Shown piece after piece: positions 40,128-50,533 of a stretch of DNA of 64,000 bases; position 1 is the stretch's first letter, and each line of letters starts with the position of its first letter. Position numbers and translations under genes: made by a program. The stretch comes from an uncultured Clostridia bacterium (lineage in GTDB: Bacteria > Bacillota > Clostridia > Christensenellales > UBA1242). The DNA lies in the NCBI GenBank assembly GCA_930979925.1, contig CAKNIB010000002.1, positions 46,910 to 110,909 of the forward strand, given 5' to 3'. Under the pieces are notes generated by a model that was not told the origin of the DNA, did no database searches, and was given only the letters and a program-made list of their open reading frames with translations.

Positions 40128-42491
40128 TTATTTTTTATCTCCTTCTTTGCTATCCTTATTTTCTTCAGCTTTTAAAGGCTCTTTATCCTTCTCTTTCAGT
40201 TTTTTATTCTTTCTTTTTTTCTTTAGTTTTTTAAGCCAGCCCTCTTTTTCTTCAAAAAATTTGCTTTCTGGCTCTTTTGTAGGCAGCTCTTCTTCTACAA
40301 CAATAGAGTCCTCGCTCTTCTCCTCTTCTCTATCAATAATATCTAGATAATATTTTTCAAGGCTGAGTTTCTTTTTCTTAAGTTCTTTTAAAGTGGTGCT
40401 GTCAACTATGTGCCCATTTTTTACTATTATAATTCTATCGCAAAGTTTCTCCACAATATCTATAATGTGGCTTGAAAAAAATACTATATTGCCATTCTTT
40501 GCATGTTCTTTCATACACTCCTTGACTTCAAAAATAGAGTTTGGGTCAAGCCCTGTGAGAGGCTCGTCAAGTATCCATAGCTTTGGATTATGTACAAGCG
40601 CTGATATAATGGCTATCTTTTGTTTCATACCATGACTGTATGTGCGTATTTTGTCGTCAAAGGCGTCTTTTAGATTTAAAAGGGTTATGTATTTTTCTAT
40701 GCGCTCTTGCCTGTCCTCTTGGCTGACGCCATAGATATCGGCTATATAGTTGATATATTCTCTACCTGTCAGGTTTTCATAGAGCGCGTAATGGTCTGGC
40801 ACAAAGCCGAACTGCTCTTTTGCTTTGAGTGGCTGTTTTTCTATATCATAACCATTAATTTCAATGCTACCCTTGCTAAGAGGTTGCACGCCTACAATAC
40901 ATTTTATAAGCGTACTTTTGCCTGCGCCATTTGGACCTAAAAAGCCCAGTATCTCTCCAGCGTTGACCTCAAATGAGGCATTGGTAAGCGAATATCGTTT
41001 GTTGTTTCCATAGCGTTTATAGGCATTTTTAACTACAAGTTTATTGACGCTTTCTTCATTCATACAAGCATTAACCTCCTTTTGATTATACTTTAAACAC
41101 AAGATATTTTCGTCTAGTTTAATCTTTCTATTTTTCTCGGCAAGCGCGGTGTAAAAGTCTTGAAAGGTAAATATCCAAACATATAAAAACCACATGCCAA
41201 GCCCTAAGATTACGTAAACCACAAAAAATAGGAATTGATAGAGCGGATAAAAGGTAAATGTCAGCGAGCCGATTTTAATGTTCCAAACATTATTCATTGT
41301 GTTTTCTGCCCACTGCCCTAGTTTTGAGACTATAAAATCAGAATTTAAAAAGAAAAAGTCAACTGACGTGTCATAGTTTTCAAACCAGGCATTAATTACA
41401 AGCACTAGCAGAAAATATATTAAAAATCCAACCATGGAATATTTAAACTCTCTTAGTCTTGGTCTGCGATATATTCCAAGCAGTATGATAAGTACAGGCA
41501 TTGCAAACGCCATTGAGTGATTTATCCAAAATCTAACAACGTTTGGCGTAAAGAAACCAAAATTGTCATTATAGTTTGGCATGAGCATTGCAAGAAAAGC
41601 GCCAAGCACATTTATAAAAAGTGTAAAATAGAAAAGTTTATCCATGCGGAAAATCAGGCATAGCGGTATTATAAACATTGCCGTATTGCATAGATGTAAT
41701 GGCCAGCGAGTAGGTTCTATAAAAATAGCAAAATCATAGTTATAGCAATAGGATATCAGGGTGACAAGCGATATATACAATAGTGCCATGCGGATATATT
41801 CTCTATCTTTAATCCTCTTGAGAAGAAAATACATACCTATTAAGAAAATCATTGCAAGATAAAGATAAATTCGGTGGTACAGTGAAAAATCTTTCATGTT
41901 TTGCGAGGCAAAGTTGCCAAATAGAGCTTGAGGCAGGTATGGTGGTACTGAAAGAATAAGAATTATAGGCAGAGCTATAAGCATTTCAATAAGTTCTTTC
42001 TTTGGCATTTTAAAATAATGGTCAGTCAAAAACAAATAAAGGCTATAAAGCAAAGACAATGCAACCTCTATTGATAGAAAAGCTCCACAAAGTGTTATCT
42101 CATATGTACCAGTAAAAGAATAGGCAATATTTGAAAGAAGAATAGTATTTACTATATTTACTATAAGGCAAAAGGTTTTAGCATAGTATTTTAAAATTTT
42201 ATATTTAAAGAAAGGTTGCAGTATTATTATAACTACTGAGGCTATAGATAGCCAAGACTGCAGGGCGACCATAAAGCAGAGAAAAGATGACGAAAAAGGA
42301 TTGCCCTCATTTAATCCTACCACTCCATTTAAAAGGCTGTCGCCAGCAAAGTATCTAATAAAAAAGCATAATGCCAAAAAAAGTGCAAGGCATTTTTTAA
42401 CTATAACTAATTTTTTGCTTATAAACTTTCTAAAGATAAAATAAAGAGAGATAAACAAAACTATAGTAACTGCAAAAATTATGTAATTCAT
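40128..42491 (-). CDS. ABC transporter ATP-binding protein fused to a ~470-aa polytopic N-terminal domain
   Basis: Walker A GPNGAGKST, signature YSHGMKQK, Walker B LWILDEPLTGLD. The N-terminal domain contains RWPLHLCN (YwaF/TIGR02206-like, tentative). Lys/Glu-rich tail. Confidence 0.8.
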   Translation of the reverse strand: MNYIIFAVTIVLFISLYFIFRKFISKKLVIVKKCLALFLALCFFIRYFAGDSLLNGVVGLNEGNPFSSSFLCFMVALQSWLSIASVVIIILQPFFKYKILKYYAKTFCLIVNIVNTILLSNIAYSFTGTYEITLCGAFLSIEVALSLLYSLYLFLTDHYFKMPKKELIEMLIALPIILILSVPPYLPQALFGNFASQNMKDFSLYHRIYLYLAMIFLIGMYFLLKRIKDREYIRMALLYISLVTLISYCYNYDFAIFIEPTRWPLHLCNTAMFIIPLCLIFRMDKLFYFTLFINVLGAFLAMLMPNYNDNFGFFTPNVVRFWINHSMAFAMPVLIILLGIYRRPRLREFKYSMVGFLIYFLLVLVINAWFENYDTSVDFFFLNSDFIVSKLGQWAENTMNNVWNIKIGSLTFTFYPLYQFLFFVVYVILGLGMWFLYVWIFTFQDFYTALAEKNRKIKLDENILCLKYNQKEVNACMNEESVNKLVVKNAYKRYGNNKRYSLTNASFEVNAGEILGFLGPNGAGKSTLIKCIVGVQPLSKGSIEINGYDIEKQPLKAKEQFGFVPDHYALYENLTGREYINYIADIYGVSQEDRQERIEKYITLLNLKDAFDDKIRTYSHGMKQKIAIISALVHNPKLWILDEPLTGLDPNSIFEVKECMKEHAKNGNIVFFSSHIIDIVEKLCDRIIIVKNGHIVDSTTLKELKKKKLSLEKYYLDIIDREEEKSEDSIVVEEELPTKEPESKFFEEKEGWLKKLKKKRKNKKLKEKDKEPLKAEENKDSKEGDKK

Positions 42492-42604
42492 CTTTCTCCT
42501 AGGCTTTTAAGATTTTAACATATTTACATTTATTATGTCAAAATATAATAAAATAAATTTAATTTTGATAATAAATTCGTAAAAAATAACATAAAAAAAT
42601 TATA

Positions 42605-43411
42605 CTAAAATTTAATGACAAGTCCGGCAAACAAAAACTCTACTTTCATGCTACCGTTAAGCTTTTGTTTGAAGTAATCACAAACCTCGTCAGACGTACA
42701 ATGACCAAGATATAACTCTTTGACCTTTATTTTTTCAAAGTATTCTATAGTCTTTTCTACTTGATTATTGATGGTCTTTAGGTGAAAACCGCCAAGGACT
42801 GCTAAAACTTCCTTGCAACCAGTGACCTTTCTAGCCTGCTCCACAGTGTTACAAATACCGCTATGGCCACAACCTGAGATAACAATAAGTCCGCGTGAGG
42901 TTTTTATTGCAATGCCGGTATCGTCTAGTGCTATATCGTCTGAGCCGTCCTCTATGGTAGATGGAAACTCTTTACACTCAAAGTCGGTCTTTCTCTCAAT
43001 TTGACCTAAAAAATAAATATCTTCACTGATTTTAACAGGCTCCTTTGAAAAGGTCACATCAAACCTTGACGTAAAGTCCTCTTTGCTGTAAGGCAGCCCA
43101 TTATACTTGCCTGTCTTTTTCGCCCTACGCCATATAGTACAATTTGGATGGCATATAATTTTGCTACCCTCCTTTAGATAAACAAGCCCATCACTATGGT
43201 CATAGTGACCATGGCTCAATACAAGACATTTCGCCTCGTCTAGATTGAGGCCAAGCGTCTTTGCATTATGAAAATATGAGTCATCCTGTCCAACGTCAAA
43301 CAAGACTTTTGCATGCTCTGTCTCTACAAAAAGCGAAAGTCCATGACAATGTTTAAAAAGGTCGTTAAAACATCTATCGTCATTTAATACTGAAATCTTT
43401 ACGTTTCCCAT
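42605..43411 (-). CDS. MBL-fold metallo-hydrolase
   Basis: HGHYDH motif. Start set to the ATG of MGNVKISV. Confidence 0.8.
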   Translation of the reverse strand: MGNVKISVLNDDRCFNDLFKHCHGLSLFVETEHAKVLFDVGQDDSYFHNAKTLGLNLDEAKCLVLSHGHYDHSDGLVYLKEGSKIICHPNCTIWRRAKKTGKYNGLPYSKEDFTSRFDVTFSKEPVKISEDIYFLGQIERKTDFECKEFPSTIEDGSDDIALDDTGIAIKTSRGLIVISGCGHSGICNTVEQARKVTGCKEVLAVLGGFHLKTINNQVEKTIEYFEKIKVKELYLGHCTSDEVCDYFKQKLNGSMKVEFLFAGLVIKF

Positions 43412-43634
43412 ATTTTTATTATACCACTTGCCCAAAATATTGTCAAAGATAAATAAAAGATTACGCTTAAAAATATATTTGGATATTTTTTGTTTATGAT
43501 ATAATAATAAAAAACTATTTGGGTTTGCAAATTATCAAGCAGGGCTTGTAAAATTATAGCGCTATTGCAAATGTGACGGATAGTGTCGGAAAAAGTTACC
43601 AGTCTTGTGGTATAATACTTGTGGAGGCAGAAAA

Positions 43635-44132
43635 ATGAAATTTAGTGAAAAATTAAAAAAATTACGCAAGGACAATAATTTAACTCAAGACCAGCTGGCT
43701 AGCAAGCTTTATGTTACAAGAACGGCAATTTCAAAGTGGGAGACTGACAAAGGCTATCCTAATATTGAAAGTTTAAAGCTTATAGCAAATACATTTCATA
43801 TGACGCTTGACCAGCTTATAAGTGATGAGGATATTGAAAATAAAAGACTTTTAGAAGAGCAAGTCGCAAGAAAATGCTATTATGTCGCGCTTGCAAGTTT
43901 TATCGTGACATTAATTTTCGCGCTTGTTTCTTACCTAACCGACATCCCATACTTTTTAATTCCAAGTTTTATCGGCGTTATAAGTTATGCTATCTTTGCC
44001 TTTTTATCAACGCCAAAATACAAACGCGCACGGGCAAAAAATGACAATCATACAAAATATATAATCACAAAAGTCATTGCGTTTGCCATACTTCTTCTTG
44101 CAATTATAACAACCGCATGGCAAGTTTTTTAA
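43635..44132 (+). CDS. XRE-family HTH regulator with C-terminal TM segments
   Basis: MKFSEKLKKLRKDNNLTQDQLA...ISKWE. SD GGAGG. Extended -10 element TGgTATAAT upstream. Confidence 0.85.
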   Translation: MKFSEKLKKLRKDNNLTQDQLASKLYVTRTAISKWETDKGYPNIESLKLIANTFHMTLDQLISDEDIENKRLLEEQVARKCYYVALASFIVTLIFALVSYLTDIPYFLIPSFIGVISYAIFAFLSTPKYKRARAKNDNHTKYIITKVIAFAILLLAIITTAWQVF

Positions 44133-44175
44133 TAACACACATTGAAAACAAAAAATAGCAATAATGCTTTTATTA

Positions 44176-45180
44176 CTATTTTTTATTTTCTTCTATATCG
44201 TTTCTAGCCTCGTCAACTACCTCTACGTTAGTTTTAGGCTTTTTCCTTAGGTTAACGTTTTCTTTGATAACGCCCTTTGGAAGAGTATCATTTATTACAT
44301 CGCTGATAAATGCTTTTATTTTTTCTAGAGCAAACAACCCCTCTTTATCAGACAAATTATATATTATAAAGTCATGCCCCAAGTGCTTGCCGGTGACAAA
44401 GTTATAACTTTGCACGTCAAGTCCTAATTCCTCTGCTTTTCTGCAAAAGATAATGTCATGTATTCTTATAAAATCGTTGTTTGCCGAGAATATTATTGTT
44501 GGCGGGAATTTGTCAGTCAAAATATCTAAATTTTGACAATAACTTTGTAGTTTGCTCCCCGCATACTTGCCAAAGACAATCTCTTCAAAGTCCCTCTTTA
44601 TTATCGGAAGATTGCCAAAACGAAAGGCTCCAAATACAGGGCTGTTTAAAATTAGACCGCTTATTTTAGGTCCTCCGTTCACCCTAAAGTGTTCTTTTAC
44701 TGACGGGTTACACTGGATATTTGCAACAGTGCTTGCAATATGTCCGCCTGCACTGTCTCCAGCTAAAAAGAGGTGGTCATAATCTATATGCTCCTCTATG
44801 TCTTTATTCTTCTCTAGAAATTGGAAAAGGTCAAAGACCTCAAAGACAGGTTTTGGGAAGCCCTCTTGCTCTGACAAGGTGTACTCCATGTTAAGCACAA
44901 AGTAGCCCTGCTCGGCAAGCTTCCTTGAGTATTCAGACAAATTCTCCTTTGACCCAGCGACATAACCGCCACCATGTATATTTATTATGGTTGGCAGTTT
45001 CTTGTGGCTATATTTTTTAAGATAATAGATATCAACTCTATTTCTCTCGCTATCGCCACCATAGACGATGTCAAGCTCTTCCTTTAAATAACTTGGAGTT
45101 TTTAAGCCTGACGACAACCTTTTCTTCACAATATTTCTATCAGCTAGTTTAAAAATCTTGGCGTATAATTTCTTTATCAT
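44176..45180 (-). CDS. Alpha/beta hydrolase (esterase/lipase type)
   Basis: HGGGY oxyanion motif and GDSAGG nucleophile elbow. Confidence 0.85.
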   Translation of the reverse strand: MIKKLYAKIFKLADRNIVKKRLSSGLKTPSYLKEELDIVYGGDSERNRVDIYYLKKYSHKKLPTIINIHGGGYVAGSKENLSEYSRKLAEQGYFVLNMEYTLSEQEGFPKPVFEVFDLFQFLEKNKDIEEHIDYDHLFLAGDSAGGHIASTVANIQCNPSVKEHFRVNGGPKISGLILNSPVFGAFRFGNLPIIKRDFEEIVFGKYAGSKLQSYCQNLDILTDKFPPTIIFSANNDFIRIHDIIFCRKAEELGLDVQSYNFVTGKHLGHDFIIYNLSDKEGLFALEKIKAFISDVINDTLPKGVIKENVNLRKKPKTNVEVVDEARNDIEENKK

Positions 45181-45292
45181 TGTATCCCCGTTTTAAGCAA
45201 TTATAGTCAATTTCTTTTATAATGTCAATATTTGACGATTAAGGTTTAGCTTAAACATATCGGGTTTTTGATTTTAAATTATCAATATTTTT

Positions 45293-46231
45293 TTAAAAAG
45301 CTACCACTTCAGACGAGCCGTTAGAGTAGTTAAACAAGTACCCTTCGCTTGTTACAGTAATAGTAAAGGTCTCGCCTGTTGCAACGCCATCTGTTGCACT
45401 CTTTACTCTGACATTAAATACATTTTCATTGCTTGGTGCCTGCACTATTTCATACTTTAGCTTGCTTTGGCTTGTTTGAGAACTTGTAACAAACTCAAGC
45501 TCGAGCTTTTTCTCGTTACGTTCATTTTCAAACTCAACCTCAGTCACGCTTCTCTGTCCATTTTGGAATATTGTATATTGATACTCAACCTCGCCGTCTT
45601 CCATCTCGTGCTCAATTAAAATGTAGTCAGTATTGTTGATATACGCTCTAAACTCAATAGAGATTTCCTCTTCTCTGCCCTCTTTTTCGTATTCTCGCTG
45701 ACCTACAACATTAAAAACATCCTCGCCACTTATAATAATACCCCTTAAAGTGGTGTCTATCTCAAGCTCAAGCTCATTATCGTCTATTTCCTCTTCAGTA
45801 TTTGTGTATACCTCGTTGTAATACATACTAAAGCTTTGTTGTCCTCCGTCTAGTGAAGGAACGGTTAAAGTCATTTTAAAATTATACACTCCAGCATATT
45901 GATCGTTAGCGTCTACCGTGCCGTTAGTATAATAATCGGTTGTATCACTTGCAAGCATATCCTGGAACATTCCCATGTATCCTGCGATGTTTTGCACATC
46001 ACCCTCTTGCATTCCTGTTGGTCTTTGCACCTGTGCGACTGCAGTACTTTGAGAGCCTTCGCTATTTTGCAAAAAGTTAAAGCTCGATATTGCCGACATT
46101 GCATAAAAATCTTGAGCATAATGTTGATTGCTACCAGACTTTCCACCGCACGCTGTCAAGCCCACCATTGCTAGCGCTCCAACACAAACTGACAAAGCCA
46201 GTGTGATAAATCTTTTCTTTTTTATTACCAT
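45293..46231 (-). CDS. Lipoprotein, function unknown
   Basis: Lipobox GLTAC. 312 aa with an acidic repeat-like body. Confidence 0.7.
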   Translation of the reverse strand: MVIKKKRFITLALSVCVGALAMVGLTACGGKSGSNQHYAQDFYAMSAISSFNFLQNSEGSQSTAVAQVQRPTGMQEGDVQNIAGYMGMFQDMLASDTTDYYTNGTVDANDQYAGVYNFKMTLTVPSLDGGQQSFSMYYNEVYTNTEEEIDDNELELEIDTTLRGIIISGEDVFNVVGQREYEKEGREEEISIEFRAYINNTDYILIEHEMEDGEVEYQYTIFQNGQRSVTEVEFENERNEKKLELEFVTSSQTSQSKLKYEIVQAPSNENVFNVRVKSATDGVATGETFTITVTSEGYLFNYSNGSSEVVAF

Positions 46232-46668
46232 ATTCCCCTCCTTGGTTATATACTAACATATATTTATCGTTTTAAGCAACTAAATTTTTAATAAACTATT
46301 TATAATTGGGCTGGATTTATTTCCCCAATATTTGTAGCGAAAAGGCAGGCATAGAAAATAATCTATTTTTAATTTCAAAAAATATAGCAAACAAAACTAG
46401 TAAAACAACCTTTTATCTTATAAAGCTTAAATAAATGATAAATGCTAAAATAAATAGTACAAAAAGGAAAATTATCATTAGAACAAACACAAAAATAACG
46501 AACTGTGCATAGCGACAGAATACTGATAGCGATATGGTCAAGCTTAAAAAACTTGATGAAGGAAGAAGCTTGTTTGGTTGGTATAGAGATTAAAAGATAT
46601 TATATGATAAAATTAATACCGTAAAAATTCAGAACGCAAACAATATTTGTAAAAACCATTTTAAATGC

Positions 46669-46699
46669 TTGACTTAAAGTTAACTCCATGTTTTATACT
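46669..46699 (+). promoter_or_regulatory. Promoter with 19-bp spacer (MerR-type geometry)
   Basis: TTGACT (46669-46674), 19 nt containing the palindrome AGTTAACT, then TATACT (46694-46699). Confidence 0.45.
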
Positions 46700-46717
46700 T
46701 CTAAAAAAGGAGAAATC

Positions 46718-47255
46718 ATGAAAATTGTTGTTTTAATTGGAAGTCCAAACAAAAATGGCTCAACAAATTTAATTGCAAAGGAGTTTGAAAAGGGCGCGGT
46801 TGAAGCCGGTCATCAGGTGGTTATGCTTGACGTTGCACACGCAAATGTGGGTGTTTGTGGTGGTTGTGTGGCTTGTGGATATAATGGTCCATGTGTCAAA
46901 AAAGATGATATGAAAATGATAAAACAGGAAATTTTAAGTGCGGATATGCTTGTTTTCGCCACCCCGTTTTACTATTACGGAATGTCTGCTCAACCTTAAA
47001 AAAGTTGTCGATAGATTTTGTTCTTTCAACAGCTCCCTTCAAAGCAAACATATGAAATCTGCTCTACTTGCAGTTGCGTGGAACAGAGATAGCTGGACAT
47101 TTGATGCACTCGAGAGCCACTACAAAACACTTGTTCGCTATCTCAATCTTAAAGACCAAGGAATGATTTTAGGTCGTGGTTGTGAGACGCCAGGAATGAC
47201 CGCCCGCTCTATCTATATGAGTAAGGCATACCAGCTTGGGAAAAGTTTAAGATAA
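46718..47255 (+). pseudogene. Frameshifted flavodoxin-like NAD(P)H-dependent FMN reductase / iron-sulfur flavoprotein
   Basis: MKIVVLIGSPNKNGST...FYYYGMSAQ stops at 46997-46999. The family continues in the +1 frame (LKKVVDRF...). The break looks like one extra C in caaCCttaaa. Confidence 0.7.
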
Positions 47256-47263
47256 AACCGATA

Positions 47264-47292
47264 TTGACTTACAGGGTAAAATATTATATAAT
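47264..47292 (+). promoter_or_regulatory. Consensus promoter placed for a leaderless transcript
   Basis: TTGACT, 17 nt, TATAAT. The ATG of the next gene begins 7 nt after the -10 element, and no SD is present. Confidence 0.6.
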
Positions 47293-47298
47293 CTTACT

Positions 47299-48627
47299 AT
47301 GAAAACAAAGTTTAATGGGGAAATTCATATAGTTTATGATGGAATGTGGGGGTCTTGCGGAAAAGGTAAATTCTGCGGGGAACTTGCACTAGACCCACAA
47401 TTAAATATTCAGGTTTGCGTAAATAACAACGCCCCAAATGCTGGGCATAGTTTTGTTTTTGATGATGGGCGAAAAGTAATAACAAAACATATCCCCATCG
47501 GTTTTGTAAATAAAAATATTCCATATTTAGTGATTGGTGAAAGTGCAATAATTGATTATGAAAGACTATTGCAAGAAATTACTGAGTATAAAGACATTTT
47601 AAATGGCAGGAAAATTTATATCGCCGACACTGCTGCAGTAATATCGGACAGACATAAAGAGCAGGAAATTGAAACAATTAAATCTGGAAGCACATTTAGT
47701 GGTGCTGGTGCTGCCCTTGTTGATAAGATAATGCGAAAAGATGTTTTGGTGCGTGATGATGAAAGGTTTTTGGAATTGCAGAAAAATGGACTAATTAAAA
47801 TTGTCAATTCAAAAACATTTTTCCCAATGATTTATAATGGAATTTTCCCTTTTAATGGAAGTGAAAACATTCTCGTTGAACTTTCACAAGGTGATGCTCT
47901 AGGCTTAAACAATAGTGCAAATTACCCTAACACAACTTCAAGAGATTGCTCCCCTGCACAAGCGTTGAAAGATATTCATGCCACTGATTATAGCTTGCAG
48001 GTGAAAAAATATTGTGTGTTTAGACCATATCCAATTAGAATTAACAACAATAGTAGAGCTGGTTTCATATACACTGGTGATTTTGAAGGCGCAAAAGAAA
48101 TTTCTTGGGAAGAAGTTTGTGAAAGATGCGGGCTTGCAAGTGAAGAAATAAAGAAACTTGAGCACACCACAGTCACGCACAGGCTTCGACGAGTAGCAGA
48201 ATTAAGCATAAAACAATTTGCTGAAATGCTTTTAGATACAAAACCTGATGAATGCTTTTTAAATTTTGCTCAATACATTGATGGCGAAATTGCTGGTTTG
48301 ACAAGCAAAGGGGCAAGAGATATTCAAAGAAAGTTCGAAAATTGTTCTGATACAATTTCAAAGTCAGAAGAAGAATTTATTAGCATAACAAAAAAAAATT
48401 ATGCGATAGAACATATTCTTGGCTATATTCAAGATATTGAAGATTATTTTAACAACCTTTTTGATGGCAACTTTTTAAAAATAACAAAAATTGGAACAGG
48501 TGCAAAATTATCTCAAACAATCACAAGAAAAGATATAACTCAAGTTGCTGATGTAAGGCATGCAATTAAAGATATAAATCCACTTGATTATGCAGATAAA
48601 GAAAATATGCCAGATTTTGAAATGTAA
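47299..48627 (+). CDS. Divergent adenylosuccinate-synthetase (PurA) family paralog
   Basis: Aligns by eye along the whole length of PurA (GMWGSCGKGK against GTQWGDEGKGK; NAGHS; GSTFSGAGAALVDK; VELSQGD; TTVTHRLRR). The P-loop Asp-Glu is replaced by Ser-Cys, and no TKLD guanine motif is evident. Confidence 0.7.
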   Translation: MKTKFNGEIHIVYDGMWGSCGKGKFCGELALDPQLNIQVCVNNNAPNAGHSFVFDDGRKVITKHIPIGFVNKNIPYLVIGESAIIDYERLLQEITEYKDILNGRKIYIADTAAVISDRHKEQEIETIKSGSTFSGAGAALVDKIMRKDVLVRDDERFLELQKNGLIKIVNSKTFFPMIYNGIFPFNGSENILVELSQGDALGLNNSANYPNTTSRDCSPAQALKDIHATDYSLQVKKYCVFRPYPIRINNNSRAGFIYTGDFEGAKEISWEEVCERCGLASEEIKKLEHTTVTHRLRRVAELSIKQFAEMLLDTKPDECFLNFAQYIDGEIAGLTSKGARDIQRKFENCSDTISKSEEEFISITKKNYAIEHILGYIQDIEDYFNNLFDGNFLKITKIGTGAKLSQTITRKDITQVADVRHAIKDINPLDYADKENMPDFEM

Positions 48628-48682
48628 ATTAATATACAAATAGAAGCACAAATGTGTTACAATAACTTAAAGGTGAATAGTA

Positions 48683-49306
48683 ATGGAATTTAAATTTAAG
48701 ACGGGAGACTTGGTGCGCATCAACATGCAATATGGAATTTTTCAAGTCGTTAAACCTATTAAGTTTGAAGATGTAGAAGAAAAAAATTGTATAAAATATT
48801 ATGTTAGACAGGTGTTTGACAAAAACGACCAATTAAATATTCAGACTTGTATTCTTTGCCATGAAAGTTGGCTTGATATATTGTCGCAAAACTCAAAATT
48901 ATACAAAAAGGTGGAAGATAAAATAAATTCACCCGAGATAAAAAATATAGTTTTAGACCCTAGTATGGAATATAGCTATTTTCTTCAATTTCAAAATTCA
49001 GCCTTTATATGCTGTAATAATGCGATTTACAAAGAAATCTCTAGGCGCTTTGAAGAGATGTCGGGAGAAATCTTGGATTTAAAGAAAGTGGTAGAGACTC
49101 TAAATGATTTTTATAACGATAAAAAAATAAAATCATTCAATATTTTAAAGCCACAAGAATACTCATTAGAAAAAGATGAAAATGCCTACGTCATTGAAGT
49201 TGGACGATTTGTTAATGATTTTAAAGTTGAAGATAAGGATAGTACACGTTTTTATAGAAATATAAGACTAAGAAAAAGACCAGTAAAAGATGTTAAAAGG
49301 AAATAA
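48683..49306 (+). CDS. Hypothetical protein
   Basis: 207-aa ORF with an SD. No family recognised. Confidence 0.55.
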   Translation: MEFKFKTGDLVRINMQYGIFQVVKPIKFEDVEEKNCIKYYVRQVFDKNDQLNIQTCILCHESWLDILSQNSKLYKKVEDKINSPEIKNIVLDPSMEYSYFLQFQNSAFICCNNAIYKEISRRFEEMSGEILDLKKVVETLNDFYNDKKIKSFNILKPQEYSLEKDENAYVIEVGRFVNDFKVEDKDSTRFYRNIRLRKRPVKDVKRK

Positions 49307-49473
49307 AAAATGATAAATTAGATGTGAAATAATTTATAAATATATAGTAGAAAATGTTTCACATTTTTATTTTTGTGCTATAATTTTGGATATAAAAAGT
49401 TTTTTTTAAAAAAAGAGGTAAAAATTATAAATACCCTATTAAAATATAGAAACAATATAAAAAAAGGATAAAA

Positions 49474-50409
49474 ATGATTTTAAGTGTTAGTCGTAGAACA
49501 GACATTCCTGCGTTTTATAGTGATTGGTTTTTTAAACAGTTGGACCAAGGCTTTGTTTTGGTGCCAAATCCTATTGCACACGAAAAAATTGCAAAAATCG
49601 CACTCAAACCATTAAAAATTGAGAATGTTGAAACAAACTTACTTGGCAAAAATAAAGTTGAAACATCTGGCACACTAGAAGGTATCGTTTTTTGGACAAA
49701 GAACCCAAAACCTATGCTTGAAAAACTTGACAGACTAAAAGACTACAAATATTATTTTCTTTACACTCTCAATGCCTATCCAAAAGAAATTGAAGCAAAT
49801 CTTCCACCGCTAGAAGAGAGAATTGAAAGTTTTAAAATTCTTTCAAAATCTTGTCCTGTCATCTGGCGCTATGACCCAATTTTAGTGACAGAAAGCATAG
49901 ATGAAAATTGGCATATTGAAAAGTTTGAATATTTGGCAAAGGAATTGAAAGGACACACTAAACATTGCAAAATCAGTTTCTTGATTGAAAGTTATAAAGG
50001 TTGTGATAAGAATTTACATAAACCAAGCGAAAATCAAAAAGATAAAATTTTATCTGCCATTTCTAAAATTGCAAAAGGAAATGGAATTCAAATCGAAGCA
50101 TGTGCTGAAAATGACTATTCAAAATATGGCATTGTTCCAAGTAAGTGCATCGATGGCGAAATTTTCGAATATCTTTTAACTGAAAAATATAAGGATTTGG
50201 GAATTCAAGTCAAACGCAAAAACAATAAACTTGATGGACAACGCAAAAATTGCCTTTGTATGCCGTCAGTTGACATTGGGCAGTATGACACTTGCTTTCA
50301 CGACTGCAAATATTGCTATGCAAAAAAATCTCACCAAAAGTCAATGAGAGATAAACTTGTCGGTACTATATACGAACGCAAAACCGAACTTGAATTTGAG
50401 TATAAGTAA
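49474..50409 (+). CDS. DUF1848-like protein with C-terminal Cys cluster
   Basis: N-terminus ILSVSRRTDIPAFYSDWF and C-terminus CLCMPSVDIGQYDTCFHDCKYCYA match my memory of DUF1848. Confidence 0.65.
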   Translation: MILSVSRRTDIPAFYSDWFFKQLDQGFVLVPNPIAHEKIAKIALKPLKIENVETNLLGKNKVETSGTLEGIVFWTKNPKPMLEKLDRLKDYKYYFLYTLNAYPKEIEANLPPLEERIESFKILSKSCPVIWRYDPILVTESIDENWHIEKFEYLAKELKGHTKHCKISFLIESYKGCDKNLHKPSENQKDKILSAISKIAKGNGIQIEACAENDYSKYGIVPSKCIDGEIFEYLLTEKYKDLGIQVKRKNNKLDGQRKNCLCMPSVDIGQYDTCFHDCKYCYAKKSHQKSMRDKLVGTIYERKTELEFEYK

Positions 50410-50533
50410 TGCTATGAAAAACTGCTCAAAGAAAAGTAAGCCAGAAGGAAAAGGAATAAAGATTTTGAAATGTAAAGTTTGACATCAATTTTGACATCAA
50501 ATAGCACATTTTTAGATAGTTTTAGATAGAATT

